Below, piece after piece: positions 50,318 to 62,861 of a stretch of DNA of 64,000 nucleotides. The DNA is taken from the NCBI GenBank assembly GCA_965153285.1, contig OZ229111.1. One strand, 5' to 3'. This DNA is from Podarcis tiliguerta (Eukaryota). How positions within the stretch are numbered: position 1 is the first letter of the stretch; each line of letters begins with the position of its first letter. The notes beneath the pieces are model-generated. The model was not told the origin of the DNA and did not search any database. It worked only from the letters and a program-made list of their open reading frames with translations. Position numbers and translations under genes: made by a program.

Positions 50318-50323
50318 AATAAA
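50318..50323 (+). terminator. Candidate NT5DC2 polyadenylation signal (AATAAA)
   Basis: AATAAA at the end of an AT-rich UTR-like tract; alternatives near 48776 and 49907. Confidence 0.4.
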
Positions 50324-50395
50324 TCACTTTATCATTCACATCTTAAGTAAGGAAACAAACATACCTTAAAATGGCCTCTCTGAAGTTTTCTACTA

Positions 50396-50604
50396 CAGTG
50401 GTACCTCGGGTTACATACGCTTCAGCTTACAGACTCCGCTAACCCAGAAATAGTACCTCGGGTTAAGAACTTTGCTTCAGGATGAGAACAGAAATCGTGC
50501 TCCGGTGGTGCGGCAGCAGCAGGAGGCCCCATTAGCTAAAGTGGTGCTTCAGGTTAAGAACAGACCTCCGGAACGAATTAAGTACTTAACCCAAGGTACC
50601 ACTG
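50396..50604. mobile_element. Tc1/mariner (Tigger-like) MITE between the NT5DC2 and STAB1 3' ends
   Basis: TIRs CAGTGGTACCTCGGGTTA...TAACCCAAGGTACCACTG with TA TSD; same family as 63596-63828 in the opposite orientation. Confidence 0.88.
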
Positions 50605-50671
50605 TATTTAATGACAACTATAGTTATATAGTCTGCATGTGTCCTGCAAGCTAATATATTATGTAGGGCTG

Positions 50672-50677
50672 TTTATT
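50672..50677 (-). terminator. Candidate STAB1 polyadenylation signal (AATAAA on - strand); proximal alternative at 52006-52001
   Basis: tttatt on the + strand, downstream of the STAB1 stop. Confidence 0.35.
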
Positions 50678-52438
50678 GTTATTTCTTCTCTTTTGACACG
50701 TTCTCAACTATGTCAAGTCTCTCTTCAAACATGATGACTTTTAAAAACAGATAAGCACTGTGTAGGCAAACACATAACACTGTGGAATGCCTACAGGGGT
50801 GCCAACCGAAATAAAATTGGGGGGGGGGGGAATAAGCCCTGCCCAACATAGAATTTCTGGAAAGGCTGGGCATTCCCATTCAAAGTGAAGGTATAAAACT
50901 TGATGTCGCTTCGTTTCCTTATTAATGTTGCCTGCTTTAAATGTGCCAATTAACTTTATATTGCACAGAAGAGATAACATGAATAACTAACATAACGATT
51001 CCTGCATCATAAAGCCATCTGTGACCTAGCTTTTGAACATGAAATATGTTAAACAGCTAGTTTTCCTAAGTGATATAATATCAGTTTGGCTAGACGTTTA
51101 GGTGGAGAAAATGAGCATTTGAATAAGAAGCTGTAAGATTGACATGGCGGAGAAACCAATTAACTTGCTATACTGTTTCCATTGTATTTACTGTATTCCG
51201 CAGAAAAAGTGATACTGGATTACTTGTCAGACATTGTTCTATCCAAATTATTATAAGAATTTTCTTGTTGCATTTTTGAAACCCAACCTAAAGTTCTGTG
51301 TCATAAGGTGCTGAAGTTAGCATTATCCTCATTCTATTATAAGTAGGCTACTCTGTATAATGCCAAATGGCTCAGAACTTGAAGAACTGAAATAATGATT
51401 TGGTCAAATTTTGTCCAAGCTAGGTAAAATAGTTTTGGCTCACAGGTCTGCTCACAAAGCGTCCTGTTGTCAGCTGTGTGCCTACTTCATAACAATCTGC
51501 ACAAACATTCATTCTTCTTTCCCACACTACACAGAATTTGTGGTTTGTTCTAAGTGACCTTGCAAGTGTAGAATGTTTCTTTTGCTGGTTATTTACTATT
51601 TTTACAAAAATAAAGTATTGCATCATGGGATAATGACTTTCTCTTGACGTTGTCTTCTCTTAGGCAGTGTGGGGATTACTAAATAATGGCTCTCAATCCT
51701 AAAGCAGAACATACCTTTTCACCATTATGTATCCTTACTAAGTGTTGAATAACTACCTTCAGGTTCAAAATAACCAAACACTTAATGAAGGTTGACAACA
51801 TTTGCTTGTTCCCATTCATTTACAAACATCTGTCATTCTCAGAACAGTACATAAATTCAGTAGGATTATAAACAAAGATGGGCCTACAGTTTTCAGGCAG
51901 TATTATTTCAAACTGCCTTTTAAGTAACATTTTTAAAAAGGGATCGGCAGAAGGCTCCATAGTGCAGTTTCAGAGTAAAGTTATCTAACTGAACTCAGAT
52001 TTTATTGGCCCACTGAAGATTCTCCACAGCATCCACCGATCCAAACACATTCAAGAGTCATCATATTCCCTAAGTTTCAGCCTGAAGATTTAGGAGCAGA
52101 ATCGAAAGAACACAACATGACTTTCCATCCCTCACCTTCCTACTGCCACTCCTTATGACATCCAAAAACTCATTCCTGACACCCAAAACAGCACAAGGGG
52201 ACTACATTCAAACAGAAAATTGCTGAAGCCCCTGTGTGCATGCAAGGGCAAGGGCCCCAATTTCCTGCCCATGTATTTGAGAAGAGGAATGGAACTGAGG
52301 TATGTTAAACAATTTACAATTAAAGCCGCTTGTTAATTTGTCACCATTGAAAGGGCAGGCAAGGCTTCTTAGCAGTCCATAACAGCCATATTCTGTTCAT
52401 TCTGAATTACATAGCTCCTGGAAAGTGTTGTTTCCAGC

Positions 52439-52495
52439 TTACTGGTCACCTTGAATTCCAAAGGCATGTGAAAAATCTTCTCCGGTGAGAGAATC
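52439..52495 (-). CDS. STAB1: STAB1 last coding exon (DSLTGEDFSHAFGIQGDQ*)
   Basis: gtttcag acceptor; aligns to mammalian DSLLEEDF; TAA at 52441-52439. Confidence 0.85.
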   Translation of the reverse strand, partial: DSLTGEDFSHAFGIQGDQ

Positions 52496-55400
52496 CTGAA
52501 ACAAACATTCAAATACATATTAGGCCAGTTAATCTGACAAGAGTTCCATAGAGAATAAGCTTGACTTTTGCAAACTTACTGTAGTAAAAGAAAACCGGTC
52601 ACTACAATATCAATCGTCCACTACAAATATGCCATGTGGACCATCTGTGGCTTGGTGCACATTGCAAGAGCAAAGGAAGCAATCATTTTGGGCAGCCTTA
52701 AATTCACCATTTTAGATCTTTTATTGAAGATTATTCAACGACACTATGCCAAGATACTATCGGCATTATGCCAAGTATCACTATGACAAGATACTAAGTA
52801 CTGCCAATCCCAGTTTGGTGATCGCCTTCTGAAAGATGAATGGAAAAGCAAAACTTTGCTTGTATTCAGATGCCATGATAGGCTATGGTTTGTGATCACA
52901 GGAATCAACCTAGCTTTCCCACAAACTTGCATGCTCCCCTCTCTCTTCTGCTGAGACTGCAAGGAGAACAGAAGTGTTTGTTTCTGGTTTGAATTAATCA
53001 TATTTTAACATTAGTCTGAACCCTAAACTGTAGCTAATCTTGAAGAAACTGGCTTAGTTCTACAAACCGTAGTTAAGTTGGTTCACTTCAAACACAGTGT
53101 TGTTAAGGTTTGCCACAGTTTTGGGGGGCTCTTGCAAAAAGTTTAACTGCAGTTTATTGAAAAGGGAATGGAAAGCTTTCAAAGTTGCAGCTGTGCTGCA
53201 AGGGAGTGGTCAAGTCCAGAAGGAGGGCAGAATTTTCCTGTTATTATAAATGCTGGTTTATTGTGATACTCGGTTACAGCCACTAGACTGGGGGAGCAAT
53301 GCCTCTTCAGATTGCTTGAAAATCAAGGTGGCTTCTAAATGATTCAATTAAGAGACTAATGAGAAATGCTTTCTTCATTAATTTTGATTATATATGGACA
53401 GTAAATGTAGAAAAGGTTGAAATTAGAAAAACTTCACTACACTTTGTATAAATATATCAACAAAATATAAAGATCAGTTGTCTTACCTCAAATGGCTCAT
53501 AGATGGAGATGTCTGCTCCATAAATGGGATTTGGAATGGACACCAAGTGTGGGCTCCTTTCCTCCCAGGAAGAAGGCTCCTCATCTTCCAGCTCAGCCTA
53601 CAGGCAAAGTAGAAATAGGCTAAGCGTGTCTCTGCCCTTCTAACTGCAAAGCTGATTAATTAATTTAAAAAGGCACAAACCATTGACATAAATTTGGTCT
53701 ATAACTTTAATAATTAGTATTGATATAGTGCTCTTTCATTAGTGATCAAAGGGATTCCCTCATCCCATATACACCTGCAGCATGGCTGGCCAAATGAGCT
53801 GATAGCTAAACTGCCTATTGTGATGCATAACTGAAGCTACAATGTGAGTGGGACGTGAGGAGTTATGAAACTTTTAAGCAAACTAATTATTTTCCTCAGA
53901 AAAACGAGTAGTTGCTATAAAAATAATAAATTCTTTACTTGTTTTTATCCTGTATTTTATTCTGTGAACTGCCCTGAGAACTTATGATGAAGGGTGGGAT
54001 ATAAATCTCATAAAAATAAAAAACAAAAGCTGGTTGAGCAACAGGAAGTATCAGGGCTAGATAAAATCTGTTGTGCATCCAACTGTACTGGCTTCCTGTG
54101 CAAGCCATTCCACTAGCACAATTAGTACACTCTTGAATTCCTCCCAATACTTGGCATGGATGCAATGCTACAGGTGCCTGTGACCAGAAATGAGAATGCA
54201 ACAAATTAGAAGATATTTCCCCACTTAATCCATATAATTGAAGGTGGAAAGTCTGTGGGAGTAATGAATGAAGAGCTGACCCTTTGCAGGCCTTGTAAAC
54301 CATTCAGAGACTATGATAGGTGGTATATTAATGGTTTCAATAAACAAAATGCATGATGAAGATACCTTGAAATAGCGAAACTGGAATCCTTGGTTCTTCC
54401 TTTTGAGGTAGATGTAGGACACGCCAGCCACCATTGCACACAGTATTAGGGAGACTACAATGGATACACCGATGGTCACAGCAGCAGGTGATTTCACAGC
54501 ACCAACAACCTGTGAAAAGCAATTTTGTTCGTATTTCAAAATGTTGGATTAGAGTCCTGCCTTAGTTAAGGGCAGCTAGCGTTTTTTAAAGTGCCACGCT
54601 GTTCTACAGCAAATCCAAAAACTCTTATTATCATTATGATTATGTTTGGTGGATCACTGTCCACGAAAACAGCCACCAGAGCAAGAGGTGAGTTGGCATG
54701 CTTCCTGCCGTGAAGCTGTAGAAAACGGCTGAGAAGTTGGACAGGAAGCAGCAACCAATAAAGGAGAAGTACTTCTGACCAACCCCCAAGAAGCCCTGCA
54801 GCTTTCCTTCTCTTCCAATCAATATAATGTTGCATCTTGATCATAATTTTGGTTATCTTGTTACTGCTGGGTAGCTAATCGGATAGTTATAGTATCATTT
54901 ATAGTATCATTTTGGCCTTGAACATAAGAAACTGGGTAATTTTTATGGCTTAGTTTTGAGGTGAATTTTCGTTTAAAGGTTCTGTGAAATTGGATATGGT
55001 TTATTTTGTTGTTCAGGATCTTCCTTTGTAAAATGAGTAACTGCACAATCTTAAAAAGCTGGAATTTTATGGAAAAAATGAATTATAACACTGGGCAACA
55101 TTTTTTTACTTTTTGAATGTTGTCTAGATTTATACAACTGATTTAGAGTATTTTTGCACTGCTGAATCAGGAAATGGCATCCGTTTCTCTCCATCAGGTC
55201 AGGTTTACTGTAAACTGAATGGTGGGCATTGATAAAGGTAAGTACACGTAAATTGCATGTTGCTTCACCATTTTTCAAACTTCAGGGCTTGAACTTCCAT
55301 TTCTTGGAACTCCTAGAATGCTCAGCGGCAGGGAGGTCTCTCTTCAGAGTCCAACAGTAGTCAGCCATCATGACTGTGTCCCAGTGACCCTAATACCTGG

Positions 55401-58400
55401 TCTCCATCTCTTTCATGTCCTGATGGAATCTCTCCCCCTGCTCGTCACTCATTGAACCCAGGTTCTCAGGAAACCGGTCCATATGTGAAAATAGGCAGTG
55501 CATCTTGATGCTCATGTTGCAGCCCAGGTTTCTGAAAGCAGTCAGCATGTTGTTGACAAGTTCTGCGTAGTTTCTGGCCTTATTGTTGCCAAGAAAGTTC
55601 TTCACTACCAGAACAAATGCCTTCCACACTTCCAGTTCCACTTCGTTCATTGAGTTTCCGAACTCTGGATCTCTGATGAGCTAACGGATCTGAGGACCGT
55701 CAAAGATGCCAGCTTTCAACTTCTCCATGGTCAATCCTGGAAAAGCCTGGCACAAGCAAATGAAGCAGTCACCATCCTTGTCCAGAGCCTTGGTGAACTG
55801 CTTGATTAAGCCGAGCTTGATGTGCAGAGGTGGGAAGAGTATTCTGTCTCTGTCCACCAGAGGGTCGTTGATGACGTTCCTTTCTTTGCAAGGCACCAAT
55901 TCCTCCCGCACAGGCCAGTCCTTCTTTGTGTAATGCTGAGCACGGTCCCTACTATCCCACATGCACAGAAAACATGGGTACTTGGTGAAGCCAGACTGTT
56001 GTCCCAACAAAAAGTTCACCATCTTCAGGTCAACACAAATAAACCACTTATGCTGATCATAACCAATTTTCTCCAGCACATACTTCACCGCTTCATAGTT
56101 CTCCTTCAGTGTACTCGAGTGAGCCAGGGGTATAGAGGCAAACTGGTTGCCGTTGTGTAGCAGAACACATTTCAGTGATCGCTTGCTGCTGTCAATGAAC
56201 AGTCTCCAATCTTTGGGTTCGTACTGTGGCACTCCAAGCTTGAGCAGAAGCTGCGCAATATCTGCACAGTACACCAAGTCCTTCTCTTCCGAGAAAAAAC
56301 GGAGGTACTCTTGATGCCTGTTGCGGAAGAAGCTGATGCGAGCACTGTCAGAGAGGAGGTTTTTTTCCCTTCAATCTGGATGCCAACAGTTTGGCAGAGT
56401 CCTTTGACAAGCTGAGGTCACGAACTAGATCATTCAACTCCTTTTGGGAAAATGGATATGGAGCATCATCTTCAAGAACCACTTCTTTTTCATGTCCTTC
56501 AACACTGGAGGCATCTTCGTCACTAATGTCAGGAAGTTCTCCGAAGATAGGCACTGGACTTTCATCACAATGAGCTACAGGACGACGTGCTGATTGAAGA
56601 TCAGGATACTTGAGGCTGCTCCGGTTCTTTCTGTTGATCCCAGTCACATCAACAAGTAGCAGTCAGTGACATGGTTTTATGACTTCAAACTGATCCCTTT
56701 TCGACATAATCACCCAGAGCTATCGGACCTGAATACTTCTTGTCATTAAAATAATCATTTCCAATCAAAACAATTATTCGACATGGCATTTTACCCCCAC
56801 CAACTTCTTCTAAAATGCTCCACACAAGCATACATGTGAACAAAAATGTAAAAAAATGACATGTGGCCATAACTCAAAAACTTGACCTGATTGAGCAAAA
56901 CCAATGTGATTTTTGGATTCAGCGCATCAGATTCGTCCTAAATCAACTGAAAAAACGCAGACAACAAATTTGTTGTTGACTATATATGACCTCCATATAT
57001 AGCCTTGGGAACACACAGAGTCAAATCCGCTGGTCATTATTTGCAAAGCACATCACTTCTTAAAAGACTGAATATAAATCCTACTTATGTAGTAAAGCAG
57101 AGATGAATGGGATGCAAACTGGATTATTCTGCAGCAGGATAATTCTGAAAGATGAATACAAACCAACTAATAACCAACCTGGTCAAGCTGCCCAAGTTGA
57201 GGTGCCATCAGAGGTGCTTCAATAGCATGAATGATCCCATTGGAGGCCAGAATATCCCATTCAACTATCACTGAATTATTAATCATCTTACAACCCTGAT
57301 GCAATAAAAGTGAAGAAGACCAAATTACTAAACCAGTGAATTTCAATGTAAAGACTTTAAGGATTGCAAATAAAATTTGCTGCATGTGGTGCAAAGCATT
57401 TTACACAGTCAAATCCATAAAGGTGAAGCTGATTCTGTCATTATTCCTATGAGATACTTACAGGAAAGCGGGTGTTATTCGTGGAATCTGCAATGGAAAG
57501 GTTGAATCCGGCTTGCGAAGGTATAATGGCACCAGACGTGAGATTGAAGCTCATCAGGGCCACGTCTCTCGCAGATGAATGAAGCTTCAGATCATTCAGT
57601 GTTAGAGACTGGTAAGACAAAGAAGAGTTTCAGTTCCATTCAAAGTTATGATATTGGTGAGAAAAAGAGGAGAGACAAAACCATAGTCAACTTCATTGCA
57701 ACCTTCAGTTCAACCTCTCTGCATGACAATATATACACACAACACAAGCACAGCTGGGGCAGAGCCATTGGAAAGGATTGAACAGAGATATTGAATCGTA
57801 TCTCTCCACTCGTAGAAGGCTTGTCAATCATTTGGAGGCCTCTGTGAGCAGAATGGAGGGGGGGGGAGCAATTTTCACTAATTCCCCCTTTTGCTTCCCC
57901 TGAGCCTGCCCCCCACCCCAGTTTGTTCCCTAGGATTGAGAAGGATTTTTTAAAAAATGGTGTCCTTCTATTCATTGAAGCCTTCACTGGAGCAAAGAGC
58001 CATCCATTATATAACCCCTGGTGCTTGGCCATGCAGATACAGCAAATTCTGCATTCCTTCACAAGTTGAATATGTTGCTTTCTGTTCAAGTGAGGTCAGT
58101 TTAGTGATATAAAACTAGCTATGATCTCTTCATTGTTTGGACAGCCCCAGTGTAAAGTTAGGGTCTCTTTGTCCTACCACACTTCACGGACTGGGTTGCC
58201 AGTCTCCTCTGCTGTGAGGATGTTTCACATTCTGAAACTTAAAACATGAAAAGAAACTGATCCTTTTTTCAACGCCTCCTTGAAAATACCTTCCGCCATC
58301 AGATCAAAGAGTTTATTTTCAAACCTCAGTAAATAAATTTGGAGCTCAGCTCTGAGGACATTCTTCAAAGCTATTCTGCTGCAAAGCTTTCATTTACATT

Positions 58401-61400
58401 TAAATAACACAAGAGCAGGGACTCTGTGGCTAGTTGATGTCACTGGCTTTATTTGGGTATGGAATGCAGGTCTCCTCCTCTAAAATAGTTTCAGAACTAC
58501 TTTGAGGCCATTATTAATGCAACAAATTAGATTTATGGTTTAGCTGCCATGGCTTTCCCAAAATAATTCTAACATAATTTGGCCAAGGTGCTACAAACTT
58601 CTATTCCCTGAGACCGCAGAAATTCTCAGGACTCCATGGGAAAAGGGAATAAACATTTAATCTAGTCTTTTCTTTTGGAGGTCGTTTGCTTTAAGGGAAT
58701 CTGATTTGAATGTATTTTGATACAACGGTTTACTTCAGTGATCTTATATTTGACCAGTTCTTGTAGACAGTGATGACCATTGGTTAAATAAGCCATTCAT
58801 GCGTTCATTCAACCAAAACTAAACCACTTTAAGGCTGCGGTGCAAGTACAAAATAATATCGCAAAGTCCGATTTTGCATTTCTTACTGCATTTTTTCGAA
58901 AGCCGGAGTTCAGGGGTACAAAAAGAGTTTTGTAAGTCATGTCTGTGGAGAGGAAATTAAAAAAATCCCATCCTTCTTCAGTGGCATTGGCATAATCCAG
59001 TACCATCTGAAACAGAGAAAGGAATGTGGTGGTCAGCTTAAAAGAATAGCTCTGCTCTTGGAAGCAGCAGCCACCCCCCTTCTCCTTTAAACATCGAGTG
59101 AGCAGATGGGTAGAATACCTTCTTCTTGAACCTCTTGGGATAAGACCATGGTCCCCTAAGCTGGGAGCCCCTGCTCTCAGATACACATAGCGGCAAGAAT
59201 ACATAGAGAAAGTCACCTCCCAAGGCCTCCCTGCTCCATACCAGCCAAAAGAAGCATTAATGTACTTACAGAATAGTAGACTGAGAAATTTGCCTTCTGG
59301 GCCAGCACTGCCACAAGACTCCCTGTGCATGTGTAGCCATCTCCCACAAACCCATCCCTACAGACACACTGCACATCTGAAAGAGGGGGGAAAGGAGGAA
59401 GAGATGGTGTGAACTTCCGTCTGCCATGATTTTGGCATGCAAATCAGTTTCAGGCAACAGAGCTTCCATCCCACTTAGCTTCACTTCTCTATTCCATCCT
59501 CGATTCAGCTTGGGGCACTCGCTAGCTTCAATGTCCCCATCTAGCCAAACTTGAGGTATCCCTAGTTTGAACTCACACTGATCAAGCCGTACTTTCTCAC
59601 CCTGAACTCTGTAGCAGTAAGCATCCCACTTCTCACTGGCGTTACTTCGAAAGCCGTAGTCCACAATTCCAACATGGTGACTGCCACACTTCAAACTCGG
59701 GTACACAGTTGGGTAGCCTGCAGACATATTATAAAGCCAACCTACTATGCACCGGTGGAAACCCATCTGGAGAAAGAAAAGAAACACAGGCTTCTCTTAA
59801 TGTCCTGTATTTCAGTCAGACCATGACCTTGAACAGGTTCTCTCACCGAGAGCCAACTTGCTCTTATACACCATGCACTTGTCTCACTCAGACTGCGAAG
59901 CCATGCCTGGGCTGCAGGGGGCAGTATTTCATTTCATTCACGTGTCATAGGCAAGATGCTCATTTACCAAACCATTGTTATTGGGTGGAGTGCGGGAGTG
60001 GGGGGGGGGGAGGGGAGGAACCCACCTAGGAGCATTTACCTTCCATGCTTGTTCATTCACAGCCTATTTCATCACAGAAAGAGCAGGTCAACACCCATAG
60101 TAGGCCCACCTTTTGAAATAGTTTGAGTGTGTTAGGCAACCACTGTGGCAGGGAAACAACAGCCAATAGGAATGTCAAGGGCTTCTTGAGGCACATGCGT
60201 GCACAAACGTGCGTGCGCACGCACGTTCTTAGCAAATTGGTGGGAGAAGAGCTGAACTCCTCAGACCAACTGTGAAGGGAAATGAGCGAGGCAATGGCTG
60301 CACTGTTACCTGTTGTGCCGCAGACAGCTGCTTAAGAGTGGCCACCGTAGCCCCCTCAGCAGCACAAGCCGCTTCAGCCTCTTGATAAGTAAATCTGTAC
60401 TTTCCCTGGGGAGACTGCAGGTGGAAGACCCCAACTGTTTTTTCTGGAAAACAAGCATACAATATTGTGCCCCTTTAGACATTGCTGTGGGTCAGATCTG
60501 GAAAAGTGCCCTTTGGTGCGCCCAGCACAAATGATTGTGGGCCCATCTTTGAGGGAAACGGTTTGCAACTCAGGGCTAACGCTTCCCACCCCCCATTTTC
60601 TTCTGCAGACTCACAGCCTGCAACCCAAACGCAATAGGTGACCTGCAAAAGATTGAGCTGCAATTGTATTTTCTGATTGCGAGGCCTTTTTCATTTTCAA
60701 GGAAAGCGTTGTGTCTGAGACGGGGGAGGTAATGGAAAAGAAAGCTGAGTGATAGTTTTTGGGTAGGCTTTCCATGGTAGTGCCAAGGAAACAGGTGTAC
60801 CCCTGGGGGCTGATATCCTCTGAACTAATAGATAATGTATCAAAATAGTCAAGGAAAGAGGTGGTAGATGTCTGCAGGCAAAAGAGGCCACCAATAAATT
60901 TCAAGAGGGGCAGTAGAGGAAAGCTCATCAAACTGGATGAGTGTTAATGGGAAAGAGGAAGATGGACCTGAATGGGTATGTATCTAGCTTTGCCAAGATG
61001 GGGCCTGGGGTTCCCCCTCTGCTGCGCACACACATTACAAGGGAGAGAATGAGGTGGAGGAGGGTTTATTTCCCACCCTTCCCTCCAAGGTCCTGGGGCA
61101 GGTTACAACTGTGTATAATACAACACTAAAAACAATTTAAAATCTTACAGACACAAATAATACATCTTATAAAACGAGGATTGTTCCATGGAAATTATAG
61201 GATGGTAACAGGGACCTGTACCTTCGAAATGCAGGTCACTACAGAGAGCCTCAGAGTGGCACTGCCCATTATTTTCCAAGCAACGATCTATGGGTGGGAT
61301 AGCTTCCTCCAAGCACTGGATTCCATTTCCAACGTAACCGGCATGGCACTCACACCGCCGGGAATTCTGCAGGGCAAAGGAACCCACATTATCATGGCAA

Positions 61401-62234
61401 TCTTATGGCCAAACACAGGACGATGCAGAAGGCAAGGACCATTGGGGGAAAAGACAACTGAACACCAAGCCAAAGGGGAAATGTCATGCTTAGTCTCCTG
61501 ATAACTTTACATGTTGGAAGGGTCAAAGAGGGGTTAATTCTTAGGTGACACTTTTCACTGAATTGCATTTCCAAATCCAAATAGAAATCTTTTGCCTGCA
61601 TCATGTGCTTTGTATTTTGCATCCATTCCCATGAGCTGAAAATGGTGGTGACCTGCTCATGATTTTTTTCAGGAGGCTGAAGAAATGTGTGAGTTTCCCT
61701 GCTCTCACAAATGTGGTTTCAAGTCATCCAGCTAGGCAGTGCTTTGCCTTGATTTTGCTAAAAGTGCAATGCAAGGGTGGGGCGGGGGGGCCGGTTATTT
61801 CCTATATGCAGCACTCTGACAAGCAAACTAAATATGAGATCTCCTTCCCCAGCTCCTAGCTACAACTGTATAGCACAGAAAATTCCACATTCCTTTACTG
61901 AAGATTAGGTTGGCAAGCGGACAACAAGAAAACAAGTGGTAATGTGAAGAACCTCAGAGTTTCTATAGCCACTGTCCATTTTCATCCCAAAATTTTCCTA
62001 GGACTTCTACGCTCTATATTATACCAAGAGTCATACTTACAGGACCTGTGTTGATGCAAGTGGCATGCTCGCTGCAATCTCCATTCATGCCATCTGCACA
62101 CCTGTCAATAGGGCTGCAAATGTAGCCATCACCTTCGTAGTCTGGGAAACAGCTGCAGGAAACATCAATCCCAATCTGTGTGCAGTTGGCATAGTCACTG
62201 CAGTCACCGTTGTCTTTCGCACACCGGTCAATCA
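52439..62234 (-). CDS. STAB1: Stabilin-1, 3' part: 11 coding exons encoding EGF-like repeats, Link domain, last FAS1 domain, TM helix and cytoplasmic tail; gene begins beyond the right end of the window
   Basis: join complement(62234-62041,61366-61222,60443-60310,59766-59601,59376-59270,59006-58887,57608-57462,57295-57179,54509-54366,53597-53487,52495-52439); Link domain GVFHLQSPQGKYRFTY...GIVDYGFRSNASEKWDAYCY; FAS1 motifs YKTLFVP and WDILASNGIIHAI; tail-to-tail with NT5DC2, as for STAB1 rather than STAB2. Confidence 0.95.
53487..53597 (-). CDS. STAB1: STAB1 cytoplasmic-tail exon (AELEDEEPSSWEERSPHLVSIPNPIYGADISIYEPFE)
   Basis: ctgtag acceptor; gtaaga donor. Confidence 0.92.
54366..54509 (-). 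CDS. STAB1: STAB1 transmembrane exon (VVGAVKSPAAVTIGVSIVVSLILCAMVAGVSYIYLKRKNQGFQFRYFK)
   Basis: tcacag acceptor; gtatct donor; hydrophobic helix followed by KRK. Confidence 0.92.
55089..56980 (-). mobile_element. Chapaev3-type (CMC superfamily) DNA transposon, internally deleted, in a STAB1 intron
   Basis: Left terminus CACTGGGCAACA preceded by TAA; right remnant TGTTGAC at 56974-56980; imperfect subterminal inverted similarity (ctgatttag..gctgaatc versus gattcagc..ctaaatcaa); encloses a transposase pseudogene. Confidence 0.82.
55282..56680 (-). pseudogene. Chapaev3-like DDE transposase pseudogene
   Basis: ORFs 56348..56647, 55681..56277 and 55390..55650 join into one protein: WRLFIDSSKRSLKCVLLHNGN, ICVDLK, GFTKYPCFLCMWDSR, PPLHIKLGL, KLKAGIFDGPQIR, MSIKMH, SDEQGERFHQD, MMADYCW; +1 frameshift near 56365, in-frame TAG at 55683-55681 and 55392-55390, natural TGA at 55284-55282. 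Confidence 0.88.
57179..57295 (-). CDS. STAB1: STAB1 exon, end of FAS1 (GCKMINNSVIVEWDILASNGIIHAIEAPLMAPQLGQLDQ)
   Basis: catcag acceptor; gttggt donor. Confidence 0.88.
57462..57608 (-). CDS. STAB1: STAB1 exon, FAS1 (SLTLNDLKLHSS...STNNTRFP)
   Basis: ttaccag acceptor; gtaagt donor; 147 nt, phase 0-0. Confidence 0.88.
58887..59006 (-). CDS. STAB1: STAB1 exon, FAS1 (MVLDYANATEEG...YKTLFVPLNSGFRKNA)
   Basis: tttcag acceptor; gtaaga donor. Confidence 0.92.
59270..59376 (-). CDS. STAB1: STAB1 exon (DVQCVCRDGFVGDGYTCTGSLVAVLAQKANFSVYYS)
   Basis: tttcag acceptor; gtaagt donor. Confidence 0.92.
59601..59766 (-). CDS. STAB1: STAB1 exon, Link domain C-half (MGFHRCIVGWL...WDAYCYRVQ)
   Basis: ctccag acceptor; gtgaga donor. 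Confidence 0.93.
60310..60443 (-). CDS. STAB1: STAB1 exon, Link domain N-half (KTVGVFHLQSPQGKYRF...SAAQQ)
   Basis: ttccag acceptor; gtaaca donor. Confidence 0.93.
61222..61366 (-). CDS. STAB1: STAB1 exon (NSRRCECHAGYVGNGIQC...DLHFE)
   Basis: ctgcag acceptor; gtacag donor. Confidence 0.92.
62041..62234 (-). CDS. STAB1: STAB1 exon, EGF-like repeats (IDRCAKDNGDCSDYANC...CINTGP)
   Basis: tacag acceptor; gtaagt donor. Confidence 0.93.
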
Positions 62235-62861
62235 CTGTATGAAAAAGAGAATTTTCAGTAAAGCCTCACTTCTGGCTCTCTAATCCTCCTGCTACCAATT
62301 GGGGAACAAGACTCACCTGGTACTTCTTTTGCCATTTAATAAGAATAAGACTATTAATTTATTACTTGTACACTGCCCATCTGATTGGGTTGCCCCGGTC
62401 ACTATAGGTGGCTTCCAACAAAATATAAAAACACAGGGAAGTAGGGGTGAGCAGAGTCCTTCAGTTCCACAACTGTTCCAAGAGATGCCACCATCCCACT
62501 GACAATGAATTTTAGCAGGATTGCCAGGTTTTGGAATGTGGAAACAAGTTTTGTACATGTACTCATAATTGGTGGGGGAAATTAAAAGCAACATCAATTC
62601 ACCATTCATTCTTTTTAGTTTTAAAAAACATACTTGTACAATTGTGCTTTTACACTACTATGCAACTGCCCATATTATGATGGAAAGACAGCTCATTTTT
62701 AAGATTTACCTTTGATGAGTTTCTAATACAAAGAGCGCAAAAAAAGGAAGCAGCTTGCAAAATTCAAAAAATGTACCTCCACAACAATGCATTCTGGTAT
62801 AGAGGAAACCAATCATCCAGCTTGGAATCTGACAGAAGTGATTCTATAAACATCTTTATTC

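Noticed and set aside
54356-54365. STAB1 donor GTATCTTCAT as a possible U12-type intron
   Set aside because: Does not match RTATCCTT, and no U12 branch point (TCCTTAAC) is evident at the expected distance from the acceptor
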